A stretch of DNA of 64,000 bases from Eledone cirrhosa (lineage: Eukaryota): the NCBI GenBank assembly GCA_964016885.1, contig OZ024750.1:9362001-9426000 (forward strand). The letters are read 5' to 3'. The position numbers and the translations under genes were made by a program. The first letter of the stretch is position 1; every line of letters starts with the position of its first letter. Positions 40,469-52,361 of this stretch are shown in pieces. Below the pieces are notes generated by a model. The model saw only the letters and a list, made by a program, of their open reading frames with translations, made no database searches and was not told the origin of the DNA.

Positions 40469-40728
40469 AATAAAGATTCAGCGAGAATCGCATTTTCGGT
40501 GGGCAGGAAAAGCGAAGCGAAACGCAAAAATCAGAAATGATACTGGCAAAGTGCTCAATAGTTAAAAACCAGAGCTAAACAATGTGTATATATATATATA
40601 TATATATGGTCCCTTGCTACCATGCAGGACCCAGCCCATCTGGGAGGACTATAGCTCCACATGAGTACTGATTGTTTGTCAAGACTCGTTCAACACTTGT
40701 TAGCAGAGAAAAGGGATGTTAAATGATG

Positions 40729-40799
<71 letters not shown>

Positions 40800-41752
40800 C
40801 CTGCAGTGCTGAGACCAGGGAGACTACTAATCATGGGAATACTCAATGTCTGGAGAAATACTGAATGGGTAGAGAAATATGTAAAATCCCATTGGGATAT
40901 TACATATCTCTCTCTCTCTCTCTCTCTCTCTCCCTATATATATATATATATATATAGGGAGAGAAGTGGAGAAAGGGAGAGAGTGAGATGGTAAGATCAA
41001 ATGAAAGAAAAAAGGGGGTTAAAGATGAAATTGTCTAGGTAATGTTCTTCCTGTTGATAAAGCAAAAATGAATATTGAATTATGATGTTTAGTGTGAGGG
41101 CAAAAACAAAAAAACAAAAAAATAATAATAATAATAAAGCAAATAAATAAATAAAATCCGAAAAAAAAATAACAGTCTGAGAAGAAAGAAAATAATTTGA
41201 AAGTAACTTCCAAAAAACTATGGCTTTATTTAGAATAAAACTTCATGCTGACAATACAGTCTATATATTTTCATTTCCTGAAAGGTTTTTATAGTGGTTT
41301 GTCAGGAAACATCGTACAAATTTAATACTATAATGTCTCCAGGGTGCTGTTTCTCCTCTGTGTGTTATAGAGTAAGATTTAAATTTACTTCTGCTTTATG
41401 TAGAGAACTTTTTGACTTAAAGTAACAGCTCAATCTAATTGAGTTTCAGTATTGATTATTTTTTTATTGCTATTCACTTTATATTCTAATAAAACCTAGT
41501 TTCTTTTGTAAATATATTGATATATGTTTACATAAGTTAAAATTGGTAGTTATTGCAAATTAAAAGCACTTTATATATATATATATATATAGGAAAAGAG
41601 TCAGGACCCCAATGGCAGAGCTCCAGCCGTACGCACACACACATACATATATATATATAGACACACACACACACACATATATATACATATATATATATAG
41701 AGAGTAAGGAAAAGCGAAGTAGTTTCAGATGTTCAAGTCTTTTAATAATAAT

Positions 41753-41826
41753 GCTGTGATATATATTTCAATGATGACACTGGCCACACTGTTCTGTGTG
41801 CGAGTGTCGCAACATCGTCAGACAGC
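41753..41826 (-). ncRNA. Type I hammerhead motif (family H5)
   Basis: Minus strand: GCUGU-CUGACGA-UGUUGC-GACACU-CG-CACAC-AGAACA-GUGUG-GCC-AGUGUC-AUCAUU-GAAAU-AUAU-AUC-ACAGC. 5-bp stem I, palindromic stem III, AUC triplet; base of stem II imperfect. Confidence 0.6.
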
Positions 41827-41955
41827 TTGTTACATAATAAGGTTATGTTGCCGAGGCAATCCAAATTGAACCGACATGGTTACACACACACACATATATA
41901 TATATATACACACACAGAGAGACATATATATATATATACACACACACATATATAT

Positions 41956-41993
<38 letters not shown>

Positions 41994-42194
41994 GATGAAT
42001 AGAATACATCTCTGGGAAACTACACCATTGGCTCTCATAGACAGCCAGATGTCAGTCAGTCATATATATATATATATATATCATCATCATCATCGTTTAA
42101 CGTCTATCTTCCACGTAAGCATGGGTATATATATATATATATATATAGAGAAAAAAAATTTACGAAATGGAAATGCGGGTATATAGAATTTATT

Positions 42195-42311
42195 AGGTAA
42201 CAATTGTTTCTATAGTGTATGAGTTACCTATACCTCGCTATTTGAATAATACACAAATATTATCAAAAACCGAAAGTACACTGTAAGCCAACACACCATG
42301 TCATCAGACCT
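42195..42311 (-). ncRNA. Type I hammerhead motif with 70-nt loop II (family H4)
   Basis: Minus strand: AGGU-CUGAUGA-C-AUGGUGUGU-(70 nt)-AUACACUAU-A-GAAAC-AAUU-GUU-ACCU. 4-bp stem I, 9-bp stem II with two G-U pairs, palindromic loop III; first stem II pair is a C-A mismatch. Confidence 0.6.
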
Positions 42312-42361
42312 TTGTATTAGAATGATATGAAAATATTTTATATATATATATATATATATAT

Positions 42362-42525
42362 ACTGTCCCCGTCCCTTCAATCTTTCTAATTTCTCATTCT
42401 TTCTTCTGATGAAGGACTAGCGTCCGAAACGTTAAGACCCTCTTCTTGCTATTTCAAGCGTTAACCTAATATATTCCTTCCACATACTGTACCGATTGTG
42501 TTGTTATTTCTGTTTACCTTTCACA
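42362..42525 (+). mobile_element. Short hammerhead-bearing element (family H1) in (TA)n; ribozyme at 42402-42437
   Basis: tcttCTGATGAaggactagcgtccGAAAcgttaaga, identical core to the copy at 4079-4114; (TA)n flanks. Confidence 0.8.
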
Positions 42526-42863
42526 TACATATGTATATATATATATATATATGTGTGTGTGTATATATATATATATATATTTACTGTCTCAGTATATATA
42601 CCACATGAAGTGATGTGAGCAGCAGCCAAGAATTAGAGACCTTATACTCTATTTAGATGGAATTCTGGTAATATAAATAAATTCTATTATTTTGGAAAAC
42701 TAATAGGTGCCTTAAGAAGAATCAATGAATTTATAATATTTTAGATATGAGGTTGAAGGAATTTTCCTACATAAAGCCTACAACTGTTAATAGATGAATT
42801 ATTTATTTCCAATTTGTAGAAAATGTGGATTATATGATGTAAGTGTGAGAATCAATGTTTTAA

Positions 42864-43424
42864 CCCTTTACCATTTACATTACTCTATATATATATACAG
42901 GGTGGTCCGAAAGTCTTCTCACCGCTTACCAAAAAGTAATGAGAAACAGTTTATGTTCCCATCGCAGTAACGTCCTCTTCAGAGGAGTTGGTTTGCCAAA
43001 TCTTACAGTGAAGTCATGTCGTATATCCTCCATGCACTTGACAGAATGCACACAATCATGTGTCCAGACACTTGCAAGCAGCCTCTCTTCCAAACTGTAG
43101 CAGCTCTGAAATAGAAATTTATATTATTATTATATATTATAATTAATGATATTACATATTATATTAAAACAAAAAATAATGAAAGTTAAAACAATATGTG
43201 ACAAGGGGTGACAAGACTTTCGGACCACCCTGTACTATTATATTTTCACGTTAACGGCTTTGCCTCACATAATTATCTCACATAATATTGAATCTATGAG
43301 ATTTTGATATATTTATTTTGAGAACAATACTTTAACATCAGTATGAGTGGCCAGTTACAGTTGGTTTGGACAGAAAGAGGTGAGAGATTTCTGGCCAGAT
43401 GCAGCTGGTTTAAATGCTAAAGAG
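42864..43424. mobile_element. piggyBac-type MITE hosting the Tc1 element
   Basis: TTAA-CCCTTTAcCATTTA ... TAAATGCTAAAGaG-TTAA; body matches 28624-28845. Confidence 0.85.
42898..43232 (-). mobile_element. Tc1/mariner-type internally deleted element
   Basis: TIRs CAGGGTGGTCCGAAAGTCTT / AAGACTTTCGGACCACCCTG with TA TSD. Internal minus-strand peptide YSLEERLLASVWTHD...IRHDFTVRFGKPTPLKRTLLRWEHKLF resembles a transposase N-terminal HTH. Confidence 0.9.
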
Positions 43425-44185
43425 TTAAGCTGGACAGTGGAAAGCTGAAAATGTTCAAATCAGATATGAAATTTTGGCCACATGGGAAATAAAGGACCCA
43501 TTTTAATTGTTAATACTGTATAGGCCCTGGCCATATTTTAACTGATAATAGGTTAAAGCAAGCTGTGTAATGTAAGGCCCATTCCAACAAATGTGAACTA
43601 TATGTCTCATTTCTACTGATAATAAATTCTAAGCTAGATGAAAAATACAGACTCCATCTTAACTGGTAATTGGCACTAATGTGAAACTATTCATCAAATA
43701 TTTGAACAATCAATACTAAATACATGTTTTATGTATGTCTTATGGACATATATATATCATGTAATGTTGATGTACTTACAATTTACAGAACAGAATAGAA
43801 ATTACTAGAATGATTTATAGCATAGTTAATTCTTTATCAAAAGGTCTTTTCTTTGTCTCTAACTGATGGGCAAAGAGTCATTGAAAATGTTAGGCCTATG
43901 CCAACAGACTTAATTGACCCCTTCCCCCTCTTCTCAGACCTGGGTATAAAGTAGAGAAACATGAACATCATCATCATCATCATTTTTACATCCGTTTTTC
44001 CATGCTTGCATGGGTTGGATGAGTCCTTCTCAACACAGTATCTCTCCACTCGCTGTGAGTCTCAATGATTTGAGACCACCACTGTTAGAATTACCAAATG
44101 ATCTCCCAGTCCTTCTGCCACATGTATATCCATCTGAGGATCACAAGTTCTGATATACGTGAATAAATAATCATCTTTATATTCT

Positions 44186-44380
44186 CCACCCTTCATAGCT
44201 ACCATAACAACCAGCCTCACAACACCACCCTTCATAGCTACCATATCAACCAGCCTCACAACACCACCCTTCATAGCTACCACATTAAGCTACCTCACAA
44301 CACCACCCTTCATGGCTACCATATTAAGCTACCTCACAACACCACCCTTCATGGCTACCATAACAACCAACCTCACAACA
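44186..44380. repeat. 39-bp minisatellite, about 5 copies
   Basis: ccacccttcatagctaccataacaaccagcctcacaaca. Confidence 0.9.
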
Positions 44381-44624
44381 ACACATTTCACACTTCTTAT
44401 GCTGTAATGATAATAATCCTCTTAACCTGCTTTCTACACTCACAAGTACACAAGAACATATACACACACACATATACACACACTCATATATATATATACA
44501 ATGAACACACTCATATACACACACACATATACACACACTCATACACACACACACATATATATAGAGAGAGATGTATAAGAGGAAAGTGTGTGTGAATTTG
44601 CATTAGTCAGGTTCAAAGTAGGCT

Positions 44625-44671
<47 letters not shown>

Positions 44672-44881
44672 GTGTGTGTATGTAGGTCGGTGTATACGCA
44701 TTTATATCTGGATATATATGGTCTTAAATTCTAGTATTTGTGCTTATATGTATATACACACACAAACACACACACAAGAATGTTAATGATTATATATATA
44801 TATATATATGCAAACACACACACCAGAATGATGATGATATATATATATACTATATACACAAACACACACACACAAGAATGA

Positions 44882-44917
<36 letters not shown>

Positions 44918-45381
44918 TATATACACAAACGCACACACACAAGAATGATGATATATATATATATATATACACACACAAACACACACACATAAGAATGATG
45001 ATGATGTAGATGATATATATACACACACAAAACACATATAAACATATATACAGTCATATGTATACACATTAAGGTCAATACCATTCATCCCAGTACATAT
45101 TGTGACATAACAAAACAGGGAGAGTCAAGTTATGCCTTTAGGTAAATTACACAAATATAGAGTGTGTAAGGGCTTAGCTAAAGGAGAAGAATATAGAAAG
45201 GAGGGAAATAGTAAAACTGAAGAGAATAAGGACTGTTGTCCAACATGTGGACAAAGAAGGACACTGAGTTGTAGAAAAGGTAAGACGCAGGACATGGCAG
45301 CGATAATGAGGGACAGAGACCGCTGGAGAGAACTCGTCCATGGATCTCGGGAATTTTACCCGCCCTAGATATATATATATA

Positions 45382-45420
<39 letters not shown>

Positions 45421-45587
45421 AAGGTATATATTGAGTTTGAAACTCAAAATAGTCTCTTACAGTTAAATAGCTCAAAGAAAGAGGTTTTTCCGAGCTGAGC
45501 TGTGTAATATAACTTGGTCCTTTATGATTTTAACACATGTATGTTTATATCTATGTTTATCTCTCTTTTATATATATATATATATAT

Positions 45588-45762
45588 ATATATTGGTAAA
45601 CGGAATAGAAAATGCTGACAAATTGTTCACAGTTGAAAAATGGTTTAATTAGGAATAAAAGAGTATTAGTGATTGTATGGGTTATACTCTTTTATTCCTA
45701 ATTAAACCATTTTTCAACTGTGAACAATTTGTCAGCATTTTCTATTCTGTTTACCAATATAT
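45588..45762. repeat. Near-perfect palindrome, ~79-bp arms, 17-nt loop
   Basis: Arms are reverse complements with one mismatch; adjacent to (TA)n. Confidence 0.95.
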
Positions 45763-45792
45763 AATAACTTGTGTGTTACACCTCTATTCTTT

Positions 45793-45832
<40 letters not shown>

Positions 45833-46419
45833 TAAGTACCCATATATCAATATATCTATATACATAATTATATATGTGTGAGTGTATATATATATGTGTG
45901 ATGTGCGAGTGTATGTGTGATGTGTGATGTGCGAGTGTATATATATATATATATATATGTGTGATGTGTGAGTGTATATGTGTGTGTGTACATATATATG
46001 CCATGCTACCATTTACTCCACAGAAAATAAATCTTCTAGTTTGTTTGCAAGTTATATCTACTACATTATTGAATTAACAACTTTGTTATACAATATATCT
46101 AACATTATCATTATAAAGTTAAATTATTGATAGTTATTCATTCTACATTCTTTTAGGACTAATATTATTCAGGGCCTCATCTATCATCATTATGGGTCAA
46201 ACCATTTCAATTAAGAATGAAAGCTAATGAAATTGTTGTGAAAAGTAACTTACATTTATCAAGAATAGAATTGGTCAAATTTAGTACTGTACTCTGTCTG
46301 TTAGCTTACATCTCTATTATATAATATATAATATGATATAATATAATATAATATGTAATATAATATGATATAATATAATACAATATAATATATAATATAA
46401 TATAATACAATATAATATC

Positions 46420-46750
46420 ATCATCATCATCATCATCATCATCAACGTTTAACGTCCGTGTTCCACGCTTGCATGGGTTTGGACGGGGGTAGTCCCACTT
46501 GAGGCAAGAGTGATTGTCTTGCTCGCATAGGACTGTCTGGCAGGTTTTCTACAGTTGGATGCCCTTCCTAACACCAACCACATTTACAGTGTGGGTCTGG
46601 GAGGTTTTTACCGTGTTGCCTACACGGTCACATTACAGCGTGGACTGTGTGTTTTTTTGTCGTGACACCTACACGATCTCATTTGTTTCGGCCTGGATGG
46701 CGCGGCACCAACATAACTTTACATAGAACGGGGTGGTGTGGATGGGGTAA
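46420..46750 (-). mobile_element. RTE 3'UTR-derived repeat (family C)
   Basis: (CAT)n then aacgtccgtgttccacgcttgcatgggtttggacgggg...; matches 22240-22640. Confidence 0.8.
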
Positions 46751-46801
46751 CCCATGCTAGCGTGGAAGATAGACGTATGATGATGATGATGAATATAATA
46801 T

Positions 46802-47066
46802 AATTGTTTCTATTTTAGGCACAAGGCCAGCAATTACCCAGTACATTACTGGTACTTTATTTTATCGACCCCGTAAGGATGAAAGTCAAAGTTAACCTCG
46901 GCGGGATTTGAACTCAGATCATAAAGGGAGGTAACTCTATGCTTCAAAGCATGGTGTCCGACTCTCTACCGATACTGCCAATCCACCGCCCTTGATGAAT
47001 ATAATATAATATAATATAATAGTTTCTACTTTTGGCACAAGGCCAGCAATTACCCAGTACATTACT
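46802..47066 (-). mobile_element. SINE A full length with TSD plus a partial copy
   Basis: tgatgaatataatataat on both sides of 46802-46991. Confidence 0.9.
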
Positions 47067-47760
47067 GATGTAGTGATTTCCAGAGGTTGAGATGAGACTG
47101 TACCACATCTCAGAGTACATAGGATGTATTTTATCCTATCTCCATCACTAGAGAGGTTGTCACATGTTAGTCTCATATGATGACACTCTAGCTTTACATT
47201 ACAATACAGAAGTGAGATGTTTTATTTCCAGAAAGATGAAATGTTGCCTGTAATTTTCTTTTGAATTATAAACAAAATAAATAATTTTTTTTTTTAAATA
47301 AAGAAAGAAAGAAAGAATAAATGAATGAAAAAAAATAAAAATTAACAAATTATAAAATAACAAAATTTGAAAAGCACCTAGCCACCCATATACCAAGATA
47401 CACACATACATACATTTATTACACAAATACACATGCAAATACTTGTAAATGCCCACTATGCAATCACTAATGTACATACACACACTCACTAGCACACACA
47501 TACACACATACACACACACACTAACACACACACACACACTTGTATATAAGTACACAAATACACACACAAAAACTTGTAAATACCCATACATACACACATA
47601 CACACATATACACACACATACAAGCACCCACCAACTAACCCACCAACTCACACACACACACACATGCATTAGTACAGAAATACACATACAAACACTTGTA
47701 AATACCCACAAATACAATCACATACACACACATAAAAACTTGCAGAAAAACCACATAAAA

Positions 47761-47843
47761 TATTGGGTCATCAAGTATGAAATTTGTAGAAATTTGTTGA
47801 AAGAAAACAAATTTCTACAAATGTTATACTTGACGACCCAATA
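47761..47843. repeat. 83-nt imperfect hairpin
   Basis: tattgggtcatcaagtatgaaatttgtagaaatttgtt-gaaagaa-aacaaatttctacaaatgttatacttgacgacccaata; 38-bp arms, 3 differences. Confidence 0.9.
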
Positions 47844-48451
47844 CATGCAGTCATGTACATGCAAATAAAAGTTATAACACACACACATAACTCCCCCTGT
47901 ACCCCACCATAACAACCCCACTCCTACCCCCACAAAAACACAATAAGTACAAAATAGGAATCATGTAATAATGGGCTATAATGAATAAAATGGTGCAATA
48001 ATGATAAAATGAATGAGAAAATGGTTAACAAAAAGTGTCTTTGATTTCAAGTCAATGGACCTGTTAGAGGAGAAAAAAAACTGTGTTACAATTGAAAAAT
48101 AATATGGAAATTTGGAATATATAAAATATAAACGATATATAAAATTATAAAAGTGGAAAATATTGAAAGAAAAATTTTAAAAAAATAAGAAAAGAAAAAA
48201 ATCTTGAAGGAGAAATGTGTTGAGTGATGAAAGACTTAATGTGATGTGGAATTAGATAGAATGAGAATATATTTATATAAACTATTTAATAGCTAGAAAG
48301 GTTTGAGGTTTGTATGGAAAGAGGGAAGGTTCCTTAGATAGTAATAAGACTCTCTTCTATGTTGTCAGTTCCAGAAGTAATATAATAACTTTAACTCGGA
48401 TTTTATCTCTTGAACAAGAACAACAACTAACAGAAATTTTTGAAAAAGTTT

Positions 48452-48486
<35 letters not shown>

Positions 48487-48834
48487 AGAGAGATATACTG
48501 AAGTTTAGGTAACCAACACATACTTAAATATAGATATATATATATATATAGCATGTAAATTTCTTAACTAATCACTTTCGTTTCCTCTTTGATTGGTTTG
48601 CTTGGTTAATATTTTATGTGTATATATATATATATAAGTTGAAATAAAATGAAAACGAAATTTCATTTCTCACTCTTAGTATGGCACTTACTTAAATGTA
48701 AGTATGTATGTATACGTATGGCATAAATTCAGGCTGTTCAGTTTGTTTACAAACGAACAAAGCGGCGTTATAATAAGCGTCCGCTAAACTGATACGTGCA
48801 TATATGTATGTGTACCTGTATGTATATATGTATA

Positions 48835-48890
<56 letters not shown>

Positions 48891-48939
48891 TGCTACTGTA
48901 CGTCTGTATACATATATGTATGTACGTATACATACATAG

Positions 48940-48982
<43 letters not shown>

Positions 48983-48989
48983 TATATAT

Positions 48990-49455
48990 ACAGGGAGTGT
49001 AATGTTAAGTTACAGTGCGTTCACCCAGGTGAACGCTCGATGTTTAGATTCATGTCTGTAGCAAGGTGTAGAGCTAAACAGAGTGTAAATATAATAATTG
49101 TTTCTACGTTTGGCACAAGGCCAGCAATTACCCAGTGCATTACTAGTACTTTATTTTATCGACCCCGTAAGGATGAAAGGCAAAGTTAACCTCGGCGGGA
49201 TTTGAACTCAGAATGGCAAGGGCCGTAACTCAATGCATCAAAGCATGGCGTCCGACCCTCTACCGATCCTGCCAATCCAGCGCCCAGAGTGTAAATATAA
49301 TAATACGATTTGTTAAGCCTTGATTACATTTCTTGATTGGTGACGCATGTTTCGCTATTGATCAGTTCAAGGTTCGATCTGTATCGATCTGGGCCGATTC
49401 TGGAATCAAAAGCTCATCAGACCTCTGCTGTTGCAATGACAGAATGAACATATAA
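48990..49455 (-). mobile_element. Hammerhead-bearing element (family H2), interrupted by a SINE; ribozyme at 49339-49423
   Basis: Minus strand GGU-CUGAUGA-GCUUUUGAU-(42 nt)-AUCAAUAGC-GAAAC-AUGC-GUC-ACC. Homologous to 54930-55228. Confidence 0.7.
49099..49285 (-). mobile_element. SINE A full length with 19-bp TSD, inserted in element H2
   Basis: agagtgtaaatataataat at 49080-49098 and 49286-49304. Confidence 0.92.
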
Positions 49456-49469
49456 AACATATATATATA

Positions 49470-49672
49470 TTGTTATACTTTGGGAGGGTCATGTTGCCAA
49501 TAAGAAACACACGCACCAGTTGCTTTCACTTCAATTTATTATAAATTTATAAATTTACAAATCTACAAACTTATAAATTTCTGGTTGGTTGGTTCCACAA
49601 CCAGATAGTTGTTTATATATAGTCATAGTCCTTTCGTCACACACTCTGTGACCTCTTCACACACTCTGTGAC
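49470..49672 (-). mobile_element. Second copy of element H3; hammerhead core partly disrupted
   Basis: Minus strand ...UGAAGA-G-GUCACA-GAGUG-UGUGAC-GAAA-GGAC-UA-UGAC (49622-49660). The leading C is lost through a local duplication of cacacactctgtgac. Body matches 26980-27100. Confidence 0.65.
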
Positions 49673-49837
49673 ACGATTTCAGATAAAGAATCTTGCTAAA
49701 CAAATTCAGAAACGAAATATATATATATATATATATATCGACAGTCGATCAACTTTCATCAAATCGGACCGAGGAAACAATGTTTCCATTGGTCTTTCCA
49801 ATTGCTAATACTATCTATCGGTCGCAACTCCAGGTAG

Positions 49838-49960
49838 AAGGAGCAACGTGAAATAAACTGTCTTGCTCAAGGGCATAACGCATCGCCCAGTCCGGGAATC
49901 GAACTCACAACCTCAAGATTGCGAATCCAATTCTCTAACCACTCAGTCATATGCCTTCTC
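49838..49960 (-). mobile_element. SINE B-related head plus CORE
   Basis: ggagcaacgtgaaataaactgtcttgctcaagggcataac...ggaatcgaactcacaacc. Confidence 0.75.
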
Positions 49961-50169
49961 ATATATATATATGTAATATAATATATATGTGTGTGTGTTA
50001 TTTAAGTGTTTAACTACAATTACAGGTGGTTCACCATTCTATACTATTACGAGGTCCATCTCGTGTTGGATTGTATTCCAGAGTTAAAGCAGCTGCAGTG
50101 TTTAGAGTGTAAATAAATTAATCAGGATCGAAGTCCATGTTGCAGTATATATATATAAACTTTATTGAT

Positions 50170-50243
50170 ATATTACAATTGTTCCAATATTGATCAACTT
50201 AGGGTACCAGGGTCCTACTCTACCTTAAGATCTCATCAGATAC
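50170..50243 (-). ncRNA. Degenerate hammerhead motif (GAAA mutated to GGAA)
   Basis: Minus strand GUAU-CUGAUGA-GAUCUUAAGGUA...UACCCUAAGUUGAUC-AAUAUU-GGAAC-AAUU-GUA-AUAU. Confidence 0.4.
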
Positions 50244-51111
50244 TGATCACCACACCTGCCATACATACTTTCCTTCCTCCTCTCTCTACCCCCTGTCCCC
50301 TCAGAGAAGAGAGGGCTCTTCAGTTGGTACAATAACCAGAAACGTCTCTAATGCTGGTGTCATGAAAATGCACCCTGTACATTTTCTAAGGTGGTAATTA
50401 ATAGGAAGGACACCCTGCTGGAGAACCCATGTCAAAAAAGAGCCTATCGATGCCAATATTTAACAGAGAAGTTTGTTAGCTTCCATACCTTCCTTCACCA
50501 GAGATTTCAGCATTTCTTATTTCGTTTAATTCTTTATCTGACATTACTGATACCTAACTTATATTGGATTGGGAGGAATTAGTCTCTAGGAAAGGATTTA
50601 GTAATAAGTACCTCATTAGTGAAGGCTCCAACAGTGCTGTACAATTATATTAAAAAAAAGACTAACAAGCAGAATTTGTTAGTTTGCAGTACAAAGTTCA
50701 AAAACCTTCAGTAATTAGGAATAAGTAATAAGTAGTTGTTCAATAAGTTTGAACAGCAGAGAAACTGTTGATTTCCAATGGTAGATACCACTAATAAATC
50801 AAAAATACACTTATATATCAAACACATATATATATAATGGTAATTCAATCTATTGACTATGTTGATCCTGTCACCTTTAATTTTCTGGCTCAACTCATAG
50901 GTTTTACTAATTGAAAGCCAGTTAGATGAGCAGCAAATATAATGAGATCACCAAATGACATCCAGAGCTGTTTGTGTCTAACATGTCACAGAATATCCAT
51001 AAAATACGTATTAACTCTGTCAGTGCAGTTGACAGCATATAAAATTCCTAACACTATATATTGATTTTGTCAATAGATTTGTAGCTTGTGACCCTTCTCT
51101 TAGTCAAATAA

Positions 51112-51222
51112 TTGTTTCTACTTTTTGGCACAAGGCCAGCAATTACCCAGTGCATTACTGGTACTTTATTTTATCGACCCCATAACGATGAAAGGCAGAG
51201 TCAACCTCGGCGGGATTTGAAC
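51112..51222 (-). mobile_element. 5'-truncated SINE A with TSD
   Basis: ctcttagtcaaataat on both sides; the element ends inside the B box. Confidence 0.9.
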
Positions 51223-51360
51223 TCTCTTAGTCAAATAATATTCACTAAATCACAATAGTTTATTTATAAGAAAAACTTATAAGAAACTACCTTGGTACTG
51301 GTTGTAAAGAAATTGTCTTCTCAAGATATATTGTTTTAACCTTTATCTGTATAATCACAG

Positions 51361-51461
51361 TAGCATAACTTCCTGATTCCTGCATGCTCAATGGTGTGGA
51401 ACTCTTCTAGAAAGTTCGGCATCATTAACAGTGATATGTAATGCGTGATTATCCATGATAG
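51361..51461 (+). other. Candidate non-coding exon
   Basis: Acceptor ...ctttatctgtataatcacag and donor TAG|GTAAGC; stops in all three frames. Confidence 0.3.
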
Positions 51462-51630
51462 GTAAGCAATATATATATAGTTTGTTCCACAATACTGAGA
51501 ACAAATGTTTCACAAATGTTTCATTCTTGGTATGGTAAGGTAATTGTTGTGGAACTACTTCTACCAAACTCGTCCCATGGACTGAGTGCTCTACTACTAA
51601 CCCTCCAGTGTTCTTCTATTATATATCTAT

Positions 51631-51659
<29 letters not shown>

Positions 51660-51663
<4 letters not shown>

Positions 51664-51990
51664 GCACATGACTTAGTGGTTAGAGCATTGGCCTTGCAAT
51701 CGAAAGGTTGTGAGTTCAATTCTCAGACTGGGTGATGTGTTGTTTCCTTGAGCAAGACACTTTATTTCACATTGCTCCAGTTTACTCAGCTGTAGAAATG
51801 AGATGATAGGGACTGGGGTCCATATCATTCCACTACAAAGTGGACGTGGAGGTGTCACAGCAAAAAAGCACCCACCACTCACTGTAAATGAGGTTGGTGT
51901 TAGGAAGGGCATCCAGCTGTAGAAATCAGGCCAGAATCTGTTCCCGTCCCACCCTTGCAAGCAGGGAAAAGCTGACGTAAAATGATGATG
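51660..51990 (+). mobile_element. SINE B full length
   Basis: Near-identical to 10108-10432. Confidence 0.9.
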
Positions 51991-52014
51991 ATATATATAT
52001 ATATATATATATAA

Positions 52015-52324
52015 ATAATGCGTTGAAACATCTGTGACCTGTAGTAGACAACTGATGAAGGGAAAATGTTTATCTCTTGTTTGTGTTCCCTTAACTTTCT
52101 AACACTCGTTATCAGTAACCACACAGCCTCGTCCCTCTCAATCCATATATATATTACTACAGACTACCTCTTATTTTCTGTATCTATCCTTTGTGATCCT
52201 GTCTCTATTTTTTGTACTTCTGATGAAGGGCTCAAGCCCAACATGATGTCAAACTTTCTTTTCCCTTTTCCATATAAAGTGTCAAACTAATGAGACTTTT
52301 TGCACCTCTTTTGTTGTTTCCTTG

Positions 52325-52325
<1 letters not shown>
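52015..52325 (+). mobile_element. (TA)n-flanked element with decayed hammerhead-like motif at 52220-52250
   Basis: CTGATGA-A-GGGC-TCAA-GCCC followed by aacatgatgtc (GAAA damaged); a second CTGATGAAGGG near 52052. Confidence 0.4.
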
Positions 52326-52361
<36 letters not shown>

